Part shown: positions 63,111-63,232 of the stretch, one piece after another
Position numbering within the stretch: the first letter of the stretch is position 1
Layout: every line of letters starts with the position of its first letter
Assembly (NCBI RefSeq): GCF_001194135.2
Contig: NC_068999.1
Location: 49,940,802-50,004,033, forward strand
Source: Octopus bimaculoides
Lineage: Eukaryota
DNA length: 63,232 nucleotides
Reading direction: 5' to 3'
Notes under the pieces: model-generated
What the model saw: only the letters and a program-made list of their open reading frames with translations
Told to the model about the DNA's origin: nothing
The model's database searches: none
Position numbers and translations under genes: made by a program

Positions 63111-63232
63111 CTCACGCGCGCGCACACACGCATGCTTACACACAGACACACACAGACACACACACATGCAGACACATACACACACATATAGACACACACT
63201 TCCATATATATATATATATATATATATAATAC

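Overview
Gene-poor, AT-rich animal genomic DNA with about 7 kb of N gaps, almost all next to microsatellites. The extreme density of di-, tri- and tetranucleotide repeats plus the SINE families suggest a cephalopod (octopus-type) draft scaffold; this is inference, not a database match. Nearly all long ORFs in the track are artefacts of gaps and microsatellites. Supported content: (i) many tRNA-headed SINE copies from several families, labelled A-F here for convenience; (ii) relics of RTE, CR1/L2-like, restriction-like-endonuclease (R4/Dong-like) and Penelope-like retroelements, including an RT relic and an uninterrupted GIY-YIG frame missing from the ORF track; (iii) Tc1/mariner, Tc2, piggyBac-like and hAT-type DNA transposon remnants; (iv) a near-canonical tRNA-Phe(GAA) and a 5S rRNA-derived copy; (v) tentative plus-strand exons that splice in compatible phases but contain one in-frame stop. 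The best leads are several minimal type I hammerhead-ribozyme-like motifs (some sharing a U at core position 6), a 5S-headed chimeric retroposon nested in a Tc2 MITE, a 36-bp-arm hairpin with a SINE tail inserted in its loop, and an RLE element sitting inside a (TAA)n tract. Element boundaries were read by eye and are approximate unless exact motifs are quoted.
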